A stretch of 63,948 nucleotides of DNA, filler included, from Sandaracinaceae bacterium (GTDB lineage Bacteria; Myxococcota_A; Polyangia; Polyangiales; JADJQN01), in assembly GCA_947483975.1 (NCBI GenBank). It is 7 parts of 7 records of this genome, joined end to end, with 100 filler letters (N's around TTAATTAATTAA, not from the genome) between each part and the next. Parts side by side here need not be neighbours in the genome. Positions count along the whole stretch, not along the records: positions 19,356 to 28,828 come from CANKOL010000202.1; positions 28,929 to 38,401 come from CANKOL010000203.1; 5 more parts are not named here. One strand, given 5' to 3'. Shown piece after piece: positions 20,786-30,882 of the stretch (positions are counted from its first letter, which is position 1; each line of letters starts with the position of its first letter). Under the pieces are notes generated by a model that saw only the letters and a list, made by a program, of their open reading frames with translations, was not told the DNA's origin and did not search any database. The position numbers were made by a program, and so were the translations under genes.

Positions 20786-21535
20786 ATGTCAGGTCGTCGC
20801 CGCTCCGTCGTTCGAGCAGCGGCGACCAGCTCGAAGAGCCGGCCAGCCGCCGGCTCTTCGCGTTCCGTCGCCTCTGGCACAGGGAAATCCAACGCAAAGC
20901 CAGGCGGCAAAGCGGGCGAGCCGAAGGCCAAGACGCCGTCGGCTGGCGGGCCGCGCACATCGCGCCCGAACGATCACTTCGGCGCGAAGGCGAAGAAGGA
21001 GGGCTACCCGGCCCGCTCGGTCTACAAGCTCGAGGAGATCGACCGCCGCGTGCGCCTGCTGAGGCCCGGGATGCGCGTGCTCGATCTCGGCGCATTTCCA
21101 GGCTCTTGGACGATGTACGCCGCCAAGAAGGTCGCTCCCCAGGGGCGCGTGCTCGGCATCGACATCCAAGAGAACCGCGACGGCGTCGCGCCGAACGCCG
21201 AGATGCGCCAGGCGGACATCTTCACCGTCGAGCCGACGACGCTCGGGCGCTTCGATGTGGTGCTGACGGATATGGCGCCGTCGACGATCGGCTCGCGCGC
21301 GGCCGACCAGTACAACAGCTACCTGCTCTTCATGGCCGCCGTGAAGATCGCCGAAGTGACCCTCGCTCCGGGCGGCTCGTTCGTCGGCAAGATCTTCCAG
21401 GGTGGGGAGTTCGAAGACGCGCGCCGGTCGCTGCGGGAGCTCTTCGAGACGGTGCGGATCATCAAGCCGGAAGCCTCGCGCCAGGAGAGCTACGAGGTCT
21501 TCCTCGTCGGGCTCGGACGCAAGGCGAGCGTGTAG
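20786..21535 (+). CDS. rlmE: 23S rRNA Um2552 methyltransferase RlmE/FtsJ with a basic N-terminal extension
   Basis: YPARSVYKLEEID, DLGAFPGSW, DMAP, KIFQG, KPEASRQESYE. Confidence 0.95.
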   Translation: MSGRRRSVVRAAATSSKSRPAAGSSRSVASGTGKSNAKPGGKAGEPKAKTPSAGGPRTSRPNDHFGAKAKKEGYPARSVYKLEEIDRRVRLLRPGMRVLDLGAFPGSWTMYAAKKVAPQGRVLGIDIQENRDGVAPNAEMRQADIFTVEPTTLGRFDVVLTDMAPSTIGSRAADQYNSYLLFMAAVKIAEVTLAPGGSFVGKIFQGGEFEDARRSLRELFETVRIIKPEASRQESYEVFLVGLGRKASV

Positions 21536-21559
21536 CTTCGGCTACGCCGAGCGGCTCGC

Positions 21560-23731
21560 TCAGCCTTGCCCGTTGCCGTCGGTCAGGCGCGATGGTGCGG
21601 GCTCGCTCGTCGAAGCGTCGCGAGGGCTCGCGGAGTCGCGCGAGGCAGCTGAGTCGCGCGGCGCGGCAGAGTCGCGGGCGGACGCGTCGCGCGGGGCGCT
21701 CTCGCGCGGGCGGAAGGCGCGCGCCTTCTCGCGGAAGCGCTTGATCGCCGGCGCCAGGATCTCGCCGATCAGCGTGCGGTAGTCCATCCCGATGCTCTTC
21801 GAGATCAGGCAGAGATCCGACCAATCGGGCGTGAGCCCTGGGAGCGGATTGCACTCGATGAAGTTGACGCGCCCCTGCGCGTCGCAGCGCAGATCGACGC
21901 GCGCGACGTCGCGGCAGCCGAGCGCGACGAACGAACCGCGCGCCGCCCGCTCGAGCTCACGGGCGAGGTCGCGGTCGATGATCGCGGGCGCGTCGTAGCG
22001 GATGTCCGACGACCAATCGAGCTTGTGCTGGAAGGAGTAGACCGGGTGCTTCTTCTCCGCCGAGACGAAGACGATCTCCATCGGAGGGAGCGCGCGCGGG
22101 CGCTGCTCACCGAGGAGCGCGACGGTGAACTCGCGTCCACCGAGGAATTCCTCGACGAGCGCGGGCTGCCGGTACTTGTTGACGACCTCGGAGACGATGC
22201 GCCGCATCTCGGCTTCGTCCTCGGCGACGCTGCTGCCGACGACGCCCTTGCTGGAGCCCTCGGCGACGGGCTTGACGATCACTGGGAAGCGCATGCCCTT
22301 CGGGAGGCGCTCCTTGCCGGTCGTCATCAGCACGAAGTCGGGCGTCGCGATCCCCGCCTGCCGCACGATCCGCTTGGCCATTCCCTTGTCGAGCGCGAGC
22401 GAGAGCGCGGCGGGATCGGAGCCGGTGTACGGGATGTCGAGCAGCTCGAGGATGGCTGGGACCTGCGCCTCGCGGTTTCGACCCTTGATGCCCTCGGCCA
22501 TGTTGAAGACGAGGTCGACGTTCGCGGCGGCGAGGATCGTCGGGAGCTCTGGCGTCGCCTCGAGGTCGATGACCTCGTGACCGAAGCTGGCGATCGCCTG
22601 TCGAATCGAGTCGATCGTCGTCGGCGAGTCGTACTCGGCCTCGCTGTCGTCCGTACCGGCCTTCGGGTCGATGCGCTTGACGTTGTAGGTGAAGCCGACG
22701 CGCAGCGGCGTGGTGCGACGAGCCGAGACGCCCTTGCGCAGCGTCAGCCCCTGGCGCGTCGCGGCGCTCTTCAAGATCGCCTCGAGCACGTCGTCGATGC
22801 TCGCGAGGCCGGCGGCGCGCGCGGCCGCGTAGATGACGGCGTCCGCCTCGAGGGCGGGCAGCGCGTTGGCGTCGATGACGTAGATCTCGCCCTCGTCCGT
22901 CACGCGGAAGTCGACCGTCGCGCAGTCGCGCAGACCGAGCGCCCGAATCACGCTGCGCGCGATCTTGCCGAGCTGCGCGAGGCGCTCGGCCGAGAGGAGC
23001 GGAGGCGTGCGCATCGACGCGAGGTGCGTGTCCTTGTGCTTGAGCGCGTAGTCGTAGATCGGGTATTTGCGCGCGAGCACGCTCGCGTCGAACACGTACT
23101 CGACCGCAGGCAGGATGCCGCCGTTGTTCGTCCCGAGGCGCTCCAGGAAGCCGACCGTCACGTCGACGCCGGCGATGTACTCCTCGACGAGCACGCCTTG
23201 CGGGTACGCGGCGAGCGTCGAGGCGAGGCGGTCGCGCAACTCAGCGGCCGTGTCGACGACGGCGTCGGGGCCGATGCCCTTGCTGGAGCCTTCGAAGTTC
23301 GGCTTCACGATCAGCGGAAAGCGCAGATCCGAGCGGGAGAAGGTCGCGAGGTCTTCGACGAACGCGCCGTTCGGCGTGAGGATGTCGCGCGACGCGAGGA
23401 GCAGCTTCGTGACCTCCTTGTCGAGCGTGAGCGCGCAGGTGTAGGCGTCGGAGCCCGTGTACGGGATGCCTAGCTGCTCGAAGAGGCCCGGGTAGAACGC
23501 CTCGCGATAGCGCCCCCGCGTGCCCTCGGCGGTGTTGAAGATCAGGTCGGGATCGAGCGCCTCGAGGCGGGCGACCGTGCGCGACGCTGGCCCGCTGACC
23601 TCGACCGGCTCGACCTGATGCCCGAGGCGAGCGAGCGCCTGCGCGAGGGCCTCGATCGTGCGAGGGGTGTCGAACTCGGCCTCTTGCTCGCTCGCTGACA
23701 GCCGCACGTTGTGCGTGAACGCGATTCGCAT
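21560..23731 (-). CDS. Tandem double ATP-grasp protein of the D-Ala-D-Ala ligase-like family
   Basis: Two full modules, each with EAE(F/Y)D.P.TI, FN.AEG..GR.REA, IPYTGSD, KP..EGSSKG and (D/E).N.LP.L. Confidence 0.9.
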   Translation of the reverse strand: MRIAFTHNVRLSASEQEAEFDTPRTIEALAQALARLGHQVEPVEVSGPASRTVARLEALDPDLIFNTAEGTRGRYREAFYPGLFEQLGIPYTGSDAYTCALTLDKEVTKLLLASRDILTPNGAFVEDLATFSRSDLRFPLIVKPNFEGSSKGIGPDAVVDTAAELRDRLASTLAAYPQGVLVEEYIAGVDVTVGFLERLGTNNGGILPAVEYVFDASVLARKYPIYDYALKHKDTHLASMRTPPLLSAERLAQLGKIARSVIRALGLRDCATVDFRVTDEGEIYVIDANALPALEADAVIYAAARAAGLASIDDVLEAILKSAATRQGLTLRKGVSARRTTPLRVGFTYNVKRIDPKAGTDDSEAEYDSPTTIDSIRQAIASFGHEVIDLEATPELPTILAAANVDLVFNMAEGIKGRNREAQVPAILELLDIPYTGSDPAALSLALDKGMAKRIVRQAGIATPDFVLMTTGKERLPKGMRFPVIVKPVAEGSSKGVVGSSVAEDEAEMRRIVSEVVNKYRQPALVEEFLGGREFTVALLGEQRPRALPPMEIVFVSAEKKHPVYSFQHKLDWSSDIRYDAPAIIDRDLARELERAARGSFVALGCRDVARVDLRCDAQGRVNFIECNPLPGLTPDWSDLCLISKSIGMDYRTLIGEILAPAIKRFREKARAFRPRESAPRDASARDSAAPRDSAASRDSASPRDASTSEPAPSRLTDGNGQG

Positions 23732-23777
23732 CTATCTCGGGCTCCGGGGCTGCGTCATTCGGTGGGCGAGGCGGCGT

Positions 23778-24893
23778 TCAACGATGAGTGCGCACGCCGC
23801 GCACGGGGGCGGCCCGTGCTGGCGCGCCTGCACGCGCCGCGTCGCGCGCGTGCGAGAGGCCCGCGCGGGCTTGGGCCGCCTGCGCGCCCTCGGGCTCCAA
23901 CGCGAGGTAACGCTCGAAGTGCGTGATCGCCTGCGCAAACGCCCCGCGACCGGCGAGCATGCTCGCGAGGAGGTAGTGCGCTGTGGCGTAGCGCTCGTCG
24001 GCCGCGAGCACGCGCGCGAGCGTCGCCTCGGACGCGGGGCGGTCTTCGGCAGCGTACTGCGCGAGCGCTAGCTCACAGAGCAGCCCCGGCGTCGGAGGCT
24101 CCTCGCCGACCTCGACGGCCGCCGCGAGCGCGCGAACCGCCGTCTCCGGCTCGCCTGCGCGACGCAGTCCGCTGCCGATGCCCGCGAGCGCAGCGCGGTT
24201 GTCGGCCGCGAGCGGCATCGCCTCACGCAGCGTCCGGGCAGCGTCGTCGTTCCGCTGCATCCGCAGCAGCAGCAGCCCGAGGTTCACGCGCGCCATCGGA
24301 TCACGCGGCGCGAGCCGGACTGCCGCGCGATACGCGACCTCCGCGGCGGGAAGCTCCTCGTGCTCTTCGAGGGCGAGCGCGAGGTTCGCCTGCGCCGACG
24401 GGCTGTTTGCGCGCAGGCGGACCGCTTCGTGGAGCGCGACGAGCGCGCCCGCGAGGTCGCCTCTTTCGCGCAGCAGGGCCCCGAGATTGTTGTGCGCCTC
24501 GGCGAAGCGAGCATCGACGCGGATCGCCTCGCGGTAGGAGTGCTCTGCGCCGGGGACGTCGTCTTGAAGCTCGCGGGAGAGGCCGAGATCGAGCAGCGCC
24601 CGCGCGTCGCTCGCGTCCGCGGTCAGCGCCGCTCTGAACAGCCGCTCGGCCCCCGCCGCGTCCCCCTGTGCGAGGAGCGCCTCACCGCGCTGCACGGGCT
24701 CGCTCGCCGGGTGCGCTTGCTGTGCGCCTCGCTCGACGGCCTCATCCTCGAACTCGACGTCCTCGCCGCCGGAGCCGCGCCCGGCCGCGTCACCCGGCCG
24801 AACGTCGGACGGCGAGTCGACGGCTGGACCGCCGCAGCCGAGCAGCCCGACACAGCACGCGGCGAGCGCCGCGCGACCGAGCGCCCAGCTCAC
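23778..24893 (-). CDS. TPR-repeat lipoprotein
   Basis: Lipobox LLG-C; repeats such as AEAHNNLGALL and ARVNLGLLL. Confidence 0.88.
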   Translation of the reverse strand: MSWALGRAALAACCVGLLGCGGPAVDSPSDVRPGDAAGRGSGGEDVEFEDEAVERGAQQAHPASEPVQRGEALLAQGDAAGAERLFRAALTADASDARALLDLGLSRELQDDVPGAEHSYREAIRVDARFAEAHNNLGALLRERGDLAGALVALHEAVRLRANSPSAQANLALALEEHEELPAAEVAYRAAVRLAPRDPMARVNLGLLLLRMQRNDDAARTLREAMPLAADNRAALAGIGSGLRRAGEPETAVRALAAAVEVGEEPPTPGLLCELALAQYAAEDRPASEATLARVLAADERYATAHYLLASMLAGRGAFAQAITHFERYLALEPEGAQAAQARAGLSHARDAARAGAPARAAPVRGVRTHR

Positions 24894-27709
24894 ATCGACT
24901 CCCGGTCCGCCAAGCCCGAGCCGTCGAGGTCCGCGTCGAGGCGCGCGATCGTCTCGCGCAGCACGAGCGTGAGCGCCGCGAGCTTGCCCGCGTCCTGCAC
25001 CTTGCCCCCGCCTCGCTCTTCCACGTAGAAAACGTCCGCCACGCGCAGGCCCTCGGTGTTGATCTTCGAGAGCGCGATCGTCAGCCCCTGCTCGTGCAGC
25101 GCGCGGGCGATCGCGTGCAGCAAGCCTACCCGGTCTCGCGTGAAGACGTCGACCACCGTGAAGCGCGGGTCCACGCCATTGTCGACGCGCACCTCGGTCG
25201 GCACATCAGGGCCCTTGCGTCGCGCCCACGCCGGAGGGCGCGGGCGAGCGGCGAGCAGCGCCTCGGGGGTGACGCGGCCCGACACGAGGTCGTCGATGTC
25301 CTTGGTGAGCTTGGGGAGCCAGCTCGTGTCGCCGAGCTCCGCCCCGCGCACGACGCGCCGGACATGAAAGAGGTCGACGGCCTCGTCGGGCTCGCCCTGC
25401 CGCGCGCGCGTGTAGATCTGTGCGCTGCTGACGGCGAGGCGGTTCGCGGTGAGAGCGGCGGTGAGGTCAGAGAGCAAGCCCGGGCGGTCGTCGGTGACCA
25501 CGACGAGCTCGGCGAGCTCGGCCGGCGTGCCGGGGCGCACCGCGACGTGCACGCGAGTGTCGCCGCGCCGGGCCGCGATGCTGGCGTGCGCGAGGATCGC
25601 GTCCGGCGGGTTGGCGAGCACGTAGCGCGCTGGCATCTCGTCGACGAAGCGCTCGTGCTGCGCCTGGCCGCCGCTCTCGCCGCGCTTCGAGGCTGCGCTC
25701 GCCATGCCCAAGATGCGCACGCGCAGCTCCGCCCGAAGCTCGTCGGCGCGCTCGTAGGACGAGGCCGTCGCGCCCCCCTCGAGCGCCTGCGCCACGGTGA
25801 CGTAGAGGTCGTCGAGCATGCGCGCCTTCCAGGAGGTCATCGCCTGCGGGTTCGTCGTCGAGAGGTCCACGACGGTGAGCAGATAGAGGTCGCGCAGTCG
25901 ATCCACCGAGCCGACGAGCCGCCCAACCTCGGCGATCGTCTCGGGATCGCTCGTGTCGCGCCGCATCGCCCAGTGGTAGAGCGAGAGGTGCTCCTGCACG
26001 AGCCAGACGACGTGATCGGCGTCCACCGGCGAGAGCCCAAAGCGCGGCGCGATCGTCCGGACCATCTGCGCGCCACGCTTGCTGTGGTCCTTGCCCTGCC
26101 CCTTGCCGATGTCGTGCAGGAGCACGGCGAGCAGGAGGGGCGCCGGGCGAGGCGCCTCCGCGGCAGCGCGTGAGGCGAGCGGAAGCTCGTGCGCGAGGTC
26201 GCCCCGCGCCAGCGCATGGAGCGTGTCGACGGCGGCCACCGAGTGAACGTCGACCGTGTACACATGATAGAGGTCGTGTTGAACACGCCCCGTGACGGGC
26301 TCGAACTCGGGGATCATCGCGAGCAGCAGCCCGACCTCGTGCAGCTCACCGAGCAGCGAGCCGCGCCGCACGGACGCCTCCCCGACGTGCCCGAGCAGCC
26401 TCAGAAAGAGCTCGGACGCGCCCGCCGACTCACGCAGGCGCTTGCGCCACTCGGCGTCCCCCGCCGCCCGCGCGATCGCGTCACGCGCGTACGGATACGG
26501 CGGCAGCTCGCGACGCGCGACCTCCCCGTAGAAACGCAGCGCGAGGCAAGGGTCGGCGCTCAGCTGCTCGCTGTCGGCGAGCGTGACGTGCTCGCCCCAC
26601 AGCGCGACGCCACCGCCGACGTCAGTCGCGGTGCCGCGTGAGTCGCGGCGCTTCTCCGGGCGCGCGCGCGCGAGGACGCGCTCCGCCGCCTGCGCGACGA
26701 CGCGCGCCTGCTGGTAGTACGCCTGCATGAACTGCTCGACGCCGAGCGTGACGCCGTCGACGAAGCCGAGCGCCGGCGCGACGTCCTCTTGGTCCTCGAA
26801 GGTGAGCCGGTCCTGGCGACGCCCGGCCCGGACGTGCAGCAGATTGCGCACTCTCCAGAGCAGCTCCTCGGCCGCCTCGAGCTCCTTCAGCTCGCGGGGA
26901 TAGACGGCGCCGAGGCGCACGAGCTCCTCCGGCGTCGCCGCGCCCCACCGCGCGCGCGCCGCCCAGCGGGCGACGTCGAGGTCACGCAGCCCGCCTCGCC
27001 CGAGCTTCACCTCGGGCTCGAGGAGGTAGAGCGAGCCGCCGAAGCGCTCGTGGCGCTCCTGCGTGTCCTTCTGCATCGCGTCGAGGAACGCCTCGAGTCC
27101 GGGGTCGAAGAGCGAACGCCGACCAGCCTTCTGCAGCTCGTCGACGAGCACGCGCTGACCCGCGATGGGCCGCGCATCGAGGAGCGTCGTCGCGGTGCGC
27201 AGGTCGGTGCGCGCGAGCTCGACCGTCTCTTCGACGCCGCGCACGGCGTGCCCGATGGACACGCCGAGGTCCCAGAGCGGATAGAGGATCCCCTCGGCCA
27301 GCGCGCCGATGTGCGGGTCGCGCGGGTCATCGCAGAGGAAGAGGACGTCGATGTCGGAGCGCAGCCCGACGAGCCCGCGCCCCCAGCCTCCGACCGCGAC
27401 GAGCGCCACGCGCCCCGCTGGCCGATGGCCGCTCGCGCGCGCCGCTGCGTCCGACGCGCAGTAGAGCGCGCCGAGCAAACCATCGAGCGCGCGGGAGAGC
27501 TTGCGCCCGACAGACGCGCCGCCCTCGCCTGCACGCGCGGCCGCCTCGAGCTGTGCGCGATACCTGACTAGGTACTCGTCACACGTCGCGGCGAGCCCCG
27601 GGGCCAGGCGGCCGAGGTCGATGGTCCTCGAGGGCGCTTCGGCCATTCCGGGACCGAGTATGGCGGCGACCCGGCCGCGCGCAATGTCCCGCCGATGCCC
27701 CGCGCTCAC
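24890..27709 (-). CDS. glnD: [Protein-PII] uridylyltransferase
   Basis: AVGGWGRG...SDIDVL, EPEVKLGRGGLRDL, YHVYTVDVH, HD domain LLHDIGKG, two ACT domains. Start codon uncertain. Confidence 0.95.
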   Translation of the reverse strand: MSAGHRRDIARGRVAAILGPGMAEAPSRTIDLGRLAPGLAATCDEYLVRYRAQLEAAARAGEGGASVGRKLSRALDGLLGALYCASDAAARASGHRPAGRVALVAVGGWGRGLVGLRSDIDVLFLCDDPRDPHIGALAEGILYPLWDLGVSIGHAVRGVEETVELARTDLRTATTLLDARPIAGQRVLVDELQKAGRRSLFDPGLEAFLDAMQKDTQERHERFGGSLYLLEPEVKLGRGGLRDLDVARWAARARWGAATPEELVRLGAVYPRELKELEAAEELLWRVRNLLHVRAGRRQDRLTFEDQEDVAPALGFVDGVTLGVEQFMQAYYQQARVVAQAAERVLARARPEKRRDSRGTATDVGGGVALWGEHVTLADSEQLSADPCLALRFYGEVARRELPPYPYARDAIARAAGDAEWRKRLRESAGASELFLRLLGHVGEASVRRGSLLGELHEVGLLLAMIPEFEPVTGRVQHDLYHVYTVDVHSVAAVDTLHALARGDLAHELPLASRAAAEAPRPAPLLLAVLLHDIGKGQGKDHSKRGAQMVRTIAPRFGLSPVDADHVVWLVQEHLSLYHWAMRRDTSDPETIAEVGRLVGSVDRLRDLYLLTVVDLSTTNPQAMTSWKARMLDDLYVTVAQALEGGATASSYERADELRAELRVRILGMASAASKRGESGGQAQHERFVDEMPARYVLANPPDAILAHASIAARRGDTRVHVAVRPGTPAELAELVVVTDDRPGLLSDLTAALTANRLAVSSAQIYTRARQGEPDEAVDLFHVRRVVRGAELGDTSWLPKLTKDIDDLVSGRVTPEALLAARPRPPAWARRKGPDVPTEVRVDNGVDPRFTVVDVFTRDRVGLLHAIARALHEQGLTIALSKINTEGLRVADVFYVEERGGGKVQDAGKLAALTLVLRETIARLDADLDGSGLADRESM

Positions 27710-28828
27710 TGCCCGTGTGCGTAGCGCACCAAGCCGTCCGCGATGCCCTCCGCGAGCGCCCGCTTGTACGACACCGACTCGAGGAGCGGCGCCTCCGGCG
27801 CCCGCAGGATGAACGACGCCTCGACGAGCACGGCAGGCATCCGCGCGCCGACGAGCACGTAGAACAGCGCGCTCTGCGTCCCGCGGTCGTAGAGCGTCGG
27901 ATACTCGCGCCGACCGGCGGCGAGCGTCGTGCCTTGCAGGTGCTCGGCGAGCGCTCGGGAATCGCCCGCCTGATCGGCGCGCTGGAGGGAAGCGAGGATC
28001 CGCTGGAGCCCGGTGACCTCGCCCTCGGTCGTCCCGTTCTCACGCGCGGCGAGGCTCAGCGACGCGCGGTCCGCCGTCGTGTCGAGGACGAAGGTGCCGA
28101 CGCCGCCCCGCTCTGCGGGCGTCGGGCTCGCGTTGAGGTGAATCGAGACGAAGGCGTCCGCGTTGACGACGTTCGCCATGGCGGCGCGCTGCTCGAGGGA
28201 GAGGAACACATCGTGATCGCGCGTGAGCAGCACGCGCGTACCCGGGAGGCGCTGCGCGAGGATGGCCTTCACCTGCTGCGCGAGCTCGAGCACGACGAAC
28301 GACTCGCGGAGGCCGGTGGGGCTGCGGGCCCCGTGATCGTCGCCGCCGTGCCCTGGGTCGAGCACGAGCAGCCCGAGACGGTGCGGTCCGCCCGTCGGGG
28401 CGACGACCACCGGCGTGGCCGCGCGCGGGTCGGCAGAGGCTTGCTCGAAATCGACGACCACGCGGTACGGATCCGGCAAGAAAAACAGGCGATAGCGCGC
28501 GCTCGGCTCGAGGTCGAAGGCCACGCGCAGCGTTTGCGGAGCGAGCTGCGCCGCGCGCACGCGCGCCACGCCTCCAGCGCCCACCCGCGTCGCCGCAGCG
28601 ACCTCCGGAGCGAGCCGCGCGCCGTGGAAGTCGAGGAACACCCGGCGTGGCAGCGTGCCGTCGGCGGCGAGCTCGCCGCGCTCGAACACCGCGACGTGAT
28701 CGAAGTAGAGCGCGACGCGGGCGCTGGCTGCCGCGCCCACCGGGGAGCCAGCGTTCGGTGCGGCGCCGAGGACCTCGATGCGCAGGAGCGTGGGCGTGGC
28801 TCCGGCGGGCGCATCGGCGCGCGCGGCC
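27706..28828 (-). CDS. N-acetylmuramoyl-L-alanine amidase (AmiC-like, AMIN + Amidase_3; 5' partial)
   Basis: VLDPGHGGDD.GA, LTRDHD.FLSLEQR, FVSIHLNA, MPAVLVEASFI. Confidence 0.93.
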
Positions 28829-28966
28829 NNNNNNNNNNNNNNNNNNNNNNNNNNNNNNNNNNNNNNNNNNNNTTAATTAATTAANNNNNNNNNNNNNNNN
28901 NNNNNNNNNNNNNNNNNNNNNNNNNNNNCCCGAGGCCGGCTAGCCGGAGAGCCCGCGCGAGGGAGT

Positions 28967-29758
28967 TCACCGGGGCTCGGCGGCCGCGAGCGCGGTGCTC
29001 GCGCCTGTGCGCGAAGTGGTCGGGCTCGGCGGCGCGATCCGGTCGCGGAGCGTCGCCAGCTCGGCCTCACGCGTGGCCGCGACGGCGACCTCGATCACGA
29101 ATTCGGCGTGCATCGCCTCGAGCATCACGTTGGCGTCGGTCGTCGCCAGCCCGATCAGGTGGTAGGCGCCGTAGCAGGTGACGACGTCTTCGTAGGTGTT
29201 GGCGCTGCACACCGCGGCAGCCTGCTGCGCCTGCGCGACCGCTGCCGCCGCATCGCCCGAGCGCCAGAGCGCGATCGCGAGCCCGACGCGTGAGCCGAGC
29301 CCCGCCTCCTCCGCGTCGAGGCGCAGCGCGCGCCGGTATTCGACGGTCGCGAGGCGCGTCCGACCGTCGCCCAGCGCGATCTCGCCGAGGAGCGCGTGCG
29401 CGCGCGCCGCCGCCCAAGCCTCGATCGTTCCGTCCCGCAGGCCCAGCCGCACCATGCGCTCGGCCTCACGCGGGTCGCCGTCGTACATGGTCGACCACGC
29501 CTGGTCGAGCACGGACTCCTCGCCGCCGCAGAAGTCGCCGCCGTACTCCTCCTCCGAATCGGCGCCCTCTTCCCCGTCGGAGTCGGCGTCGTCCGTGCCT
29601 TGCTCGGCGCTCGCGTCGTCGGCGACGCCATCGGGCGCGGCGGCCGCGTCGCCGACCGCCTGGTCGTGGAATGCGTGCGCGCGCCCGGCGGACCCAAAGC
29701 CGAGGCCGATCGCCAACACCACCGAGACCATCGACGCACCGACGTTACGAGCAGCCAT
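28967..29758 (-). CDS. Secreted protein with an acidic linker and a TPR-like helical region
   Basis: Signal peptide ending AHA, D/E-rich stretch, ARAHALLGEIAL...YRRALRLD. Confidence 0.7.
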   Translation of the reverse strand: MAARNVGASMVSVVLAIGLGFGSAGRAHAFHDQAVGDAAAAPDGVADDASAEQGTDDADSDGEEGADSEEEYGGDFCGGEESVLDQAWSTMYDGDPREAERMVRLGLRDGTIEAWAAARAHALLGEIALGDGRTRLATVEYRRALRLDAEEAGLGSRVGLAIALWRSGDAAAAVAQAQQAAAVCSANTYEDVVTCYGAYHLIGLATTDANVMLEAMHAEFVIEVAVAATREAELATLRDRIAPPSPTTSRTGASTALAAAEPR

Positions 29759-30032
29759 GTTCGACCTCCGCGTCCTCGTTGAGCAACCTGCGTGCCGTCA
29801 GGACGGGCACGCTGGCGAGGGCGCTCGACTCTACCAGACGGCCCAACGCGATCTGCCGAGGATCTCGGGCTGCTAGGCCGGGCGAACCGTCCCGCGACAG
29901 CGCGCGCACGGGCGCGTCCTCGTCGCCGTCGAGAGCGCGACCGTGTCCCAGACCGCGCGCTCCTGTGGCTCCTCGTCCACGACGAGCGGCCCGTTCGTCG
30001 CGGGCCGGGGTCATGCGTGCCATCGTCGTGCG

Positions 30033-30773
30033 ATGTGCGCGCGCGTCACGCTGCTCCTCACGCTCCTCGCGCTGCCCGGCCTCGCGGGTTGCCCGCAGGT
30101 CACGCCGTGCCCGGGGTCGACGCACCCGGAGCCCGCGCCGCTCGTCTACGACGAGGTCGTCACGGGCGGCGCCGCGGCCGACGAGACGCTCCCGCTCGTC
30201 GTCTGCCTCCACGGGCTCGGCGACTCGCCCGCGGGGATTCGCTCGCTCGCGACGGACTTCCCCGGGCGCGCGCGCTTCGTGCTGCCGCAGGCGCCGACGC
30301 CGTATGGCTCGGGCTTCGCGTGGTTCCCGTTCTACGAGGGGCGCGGCACGCAGCAGCAGTACGCGGTCGGCGTGCGCGAGGCTGCGCTGCGCGTCGCCGC
30401 GACGATCCGGCGAGTGCGCGCGCTGCGCCCGACGCGCGGCCAGACGCTCGTCACCGGCTTCTCGCAGGGCGCGATGATCTCGTATGGGCTCGCCGCGCAG
30501 CACGCCGACCTGATCGGCGCGGCGTTCCCGCTGTCGGGCTTTCTACCGACGCCGCTCTTGCCGCGCGCCGGCGCGCGCCTGCCGCCCATCCGCGCGATGC
30601 ACGGCGACGCCGACGACGTCGTGCCGCTCGCGCTCGACCGAGAGTCCGTCGCGGCGCTCCGCAGGCTCGGCGCGGACATCGACCTGCGCGTGTATCCGGG
30701 CGTCCGACACACGATCACCGCGCAGATGGGCGACGATCTGAACGCGGCGATCGCGGCGGCGATCGCTCGCTGA
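30033..30773 (+). CDS. Phospholipase/carboxylesterase (alpha/beta hydrolase), probable lipoprotein
   Basis: LHGLGD, GFSQG nucleophile motif, HGDADDVVP, GVRH. Confidence 0.9.
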   Translation: MCARVTLLLTLLALPGLAGCPQVTPCPGSTHPEPAPLVYDEVVTGGAAADETLPLVVCLHGLGDSPAGIRSLATDFPGRARFVLPQAPTPYGSGFAWFPFYEGRGTQQQYAVGVREAALRVAATIRRVRALRPTRGQTLVTGFSQGAMISYGLAAQHADLIGAAFPLSGFLPTPLLPRAGARLPPIRAMHGDADDVVPLALDRESVAALRRLGADIDLRVYPGVRHTITAQMGDDLNAAIAAAIAR

Positions 30774-30882
30774 GGTGCCGTGCCTCATCACGGGCTGCCG
30801 GGTGCCGGGCACGGCGCGCGCCGTCGTCGGCGCTGAGCGCGCGCGGGCTCTACGCCGAGACCGCGCGCAGGCGTCGAGCGTC

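Noticed and set aside
24890..28828. glnD coupled to a cell-wall amidase with no glnB nearby
   Set aside because: To my knowledge amidase-glnD linkage occurs in related deltaproteobacterial lineages, so it is not evidence of a new system.
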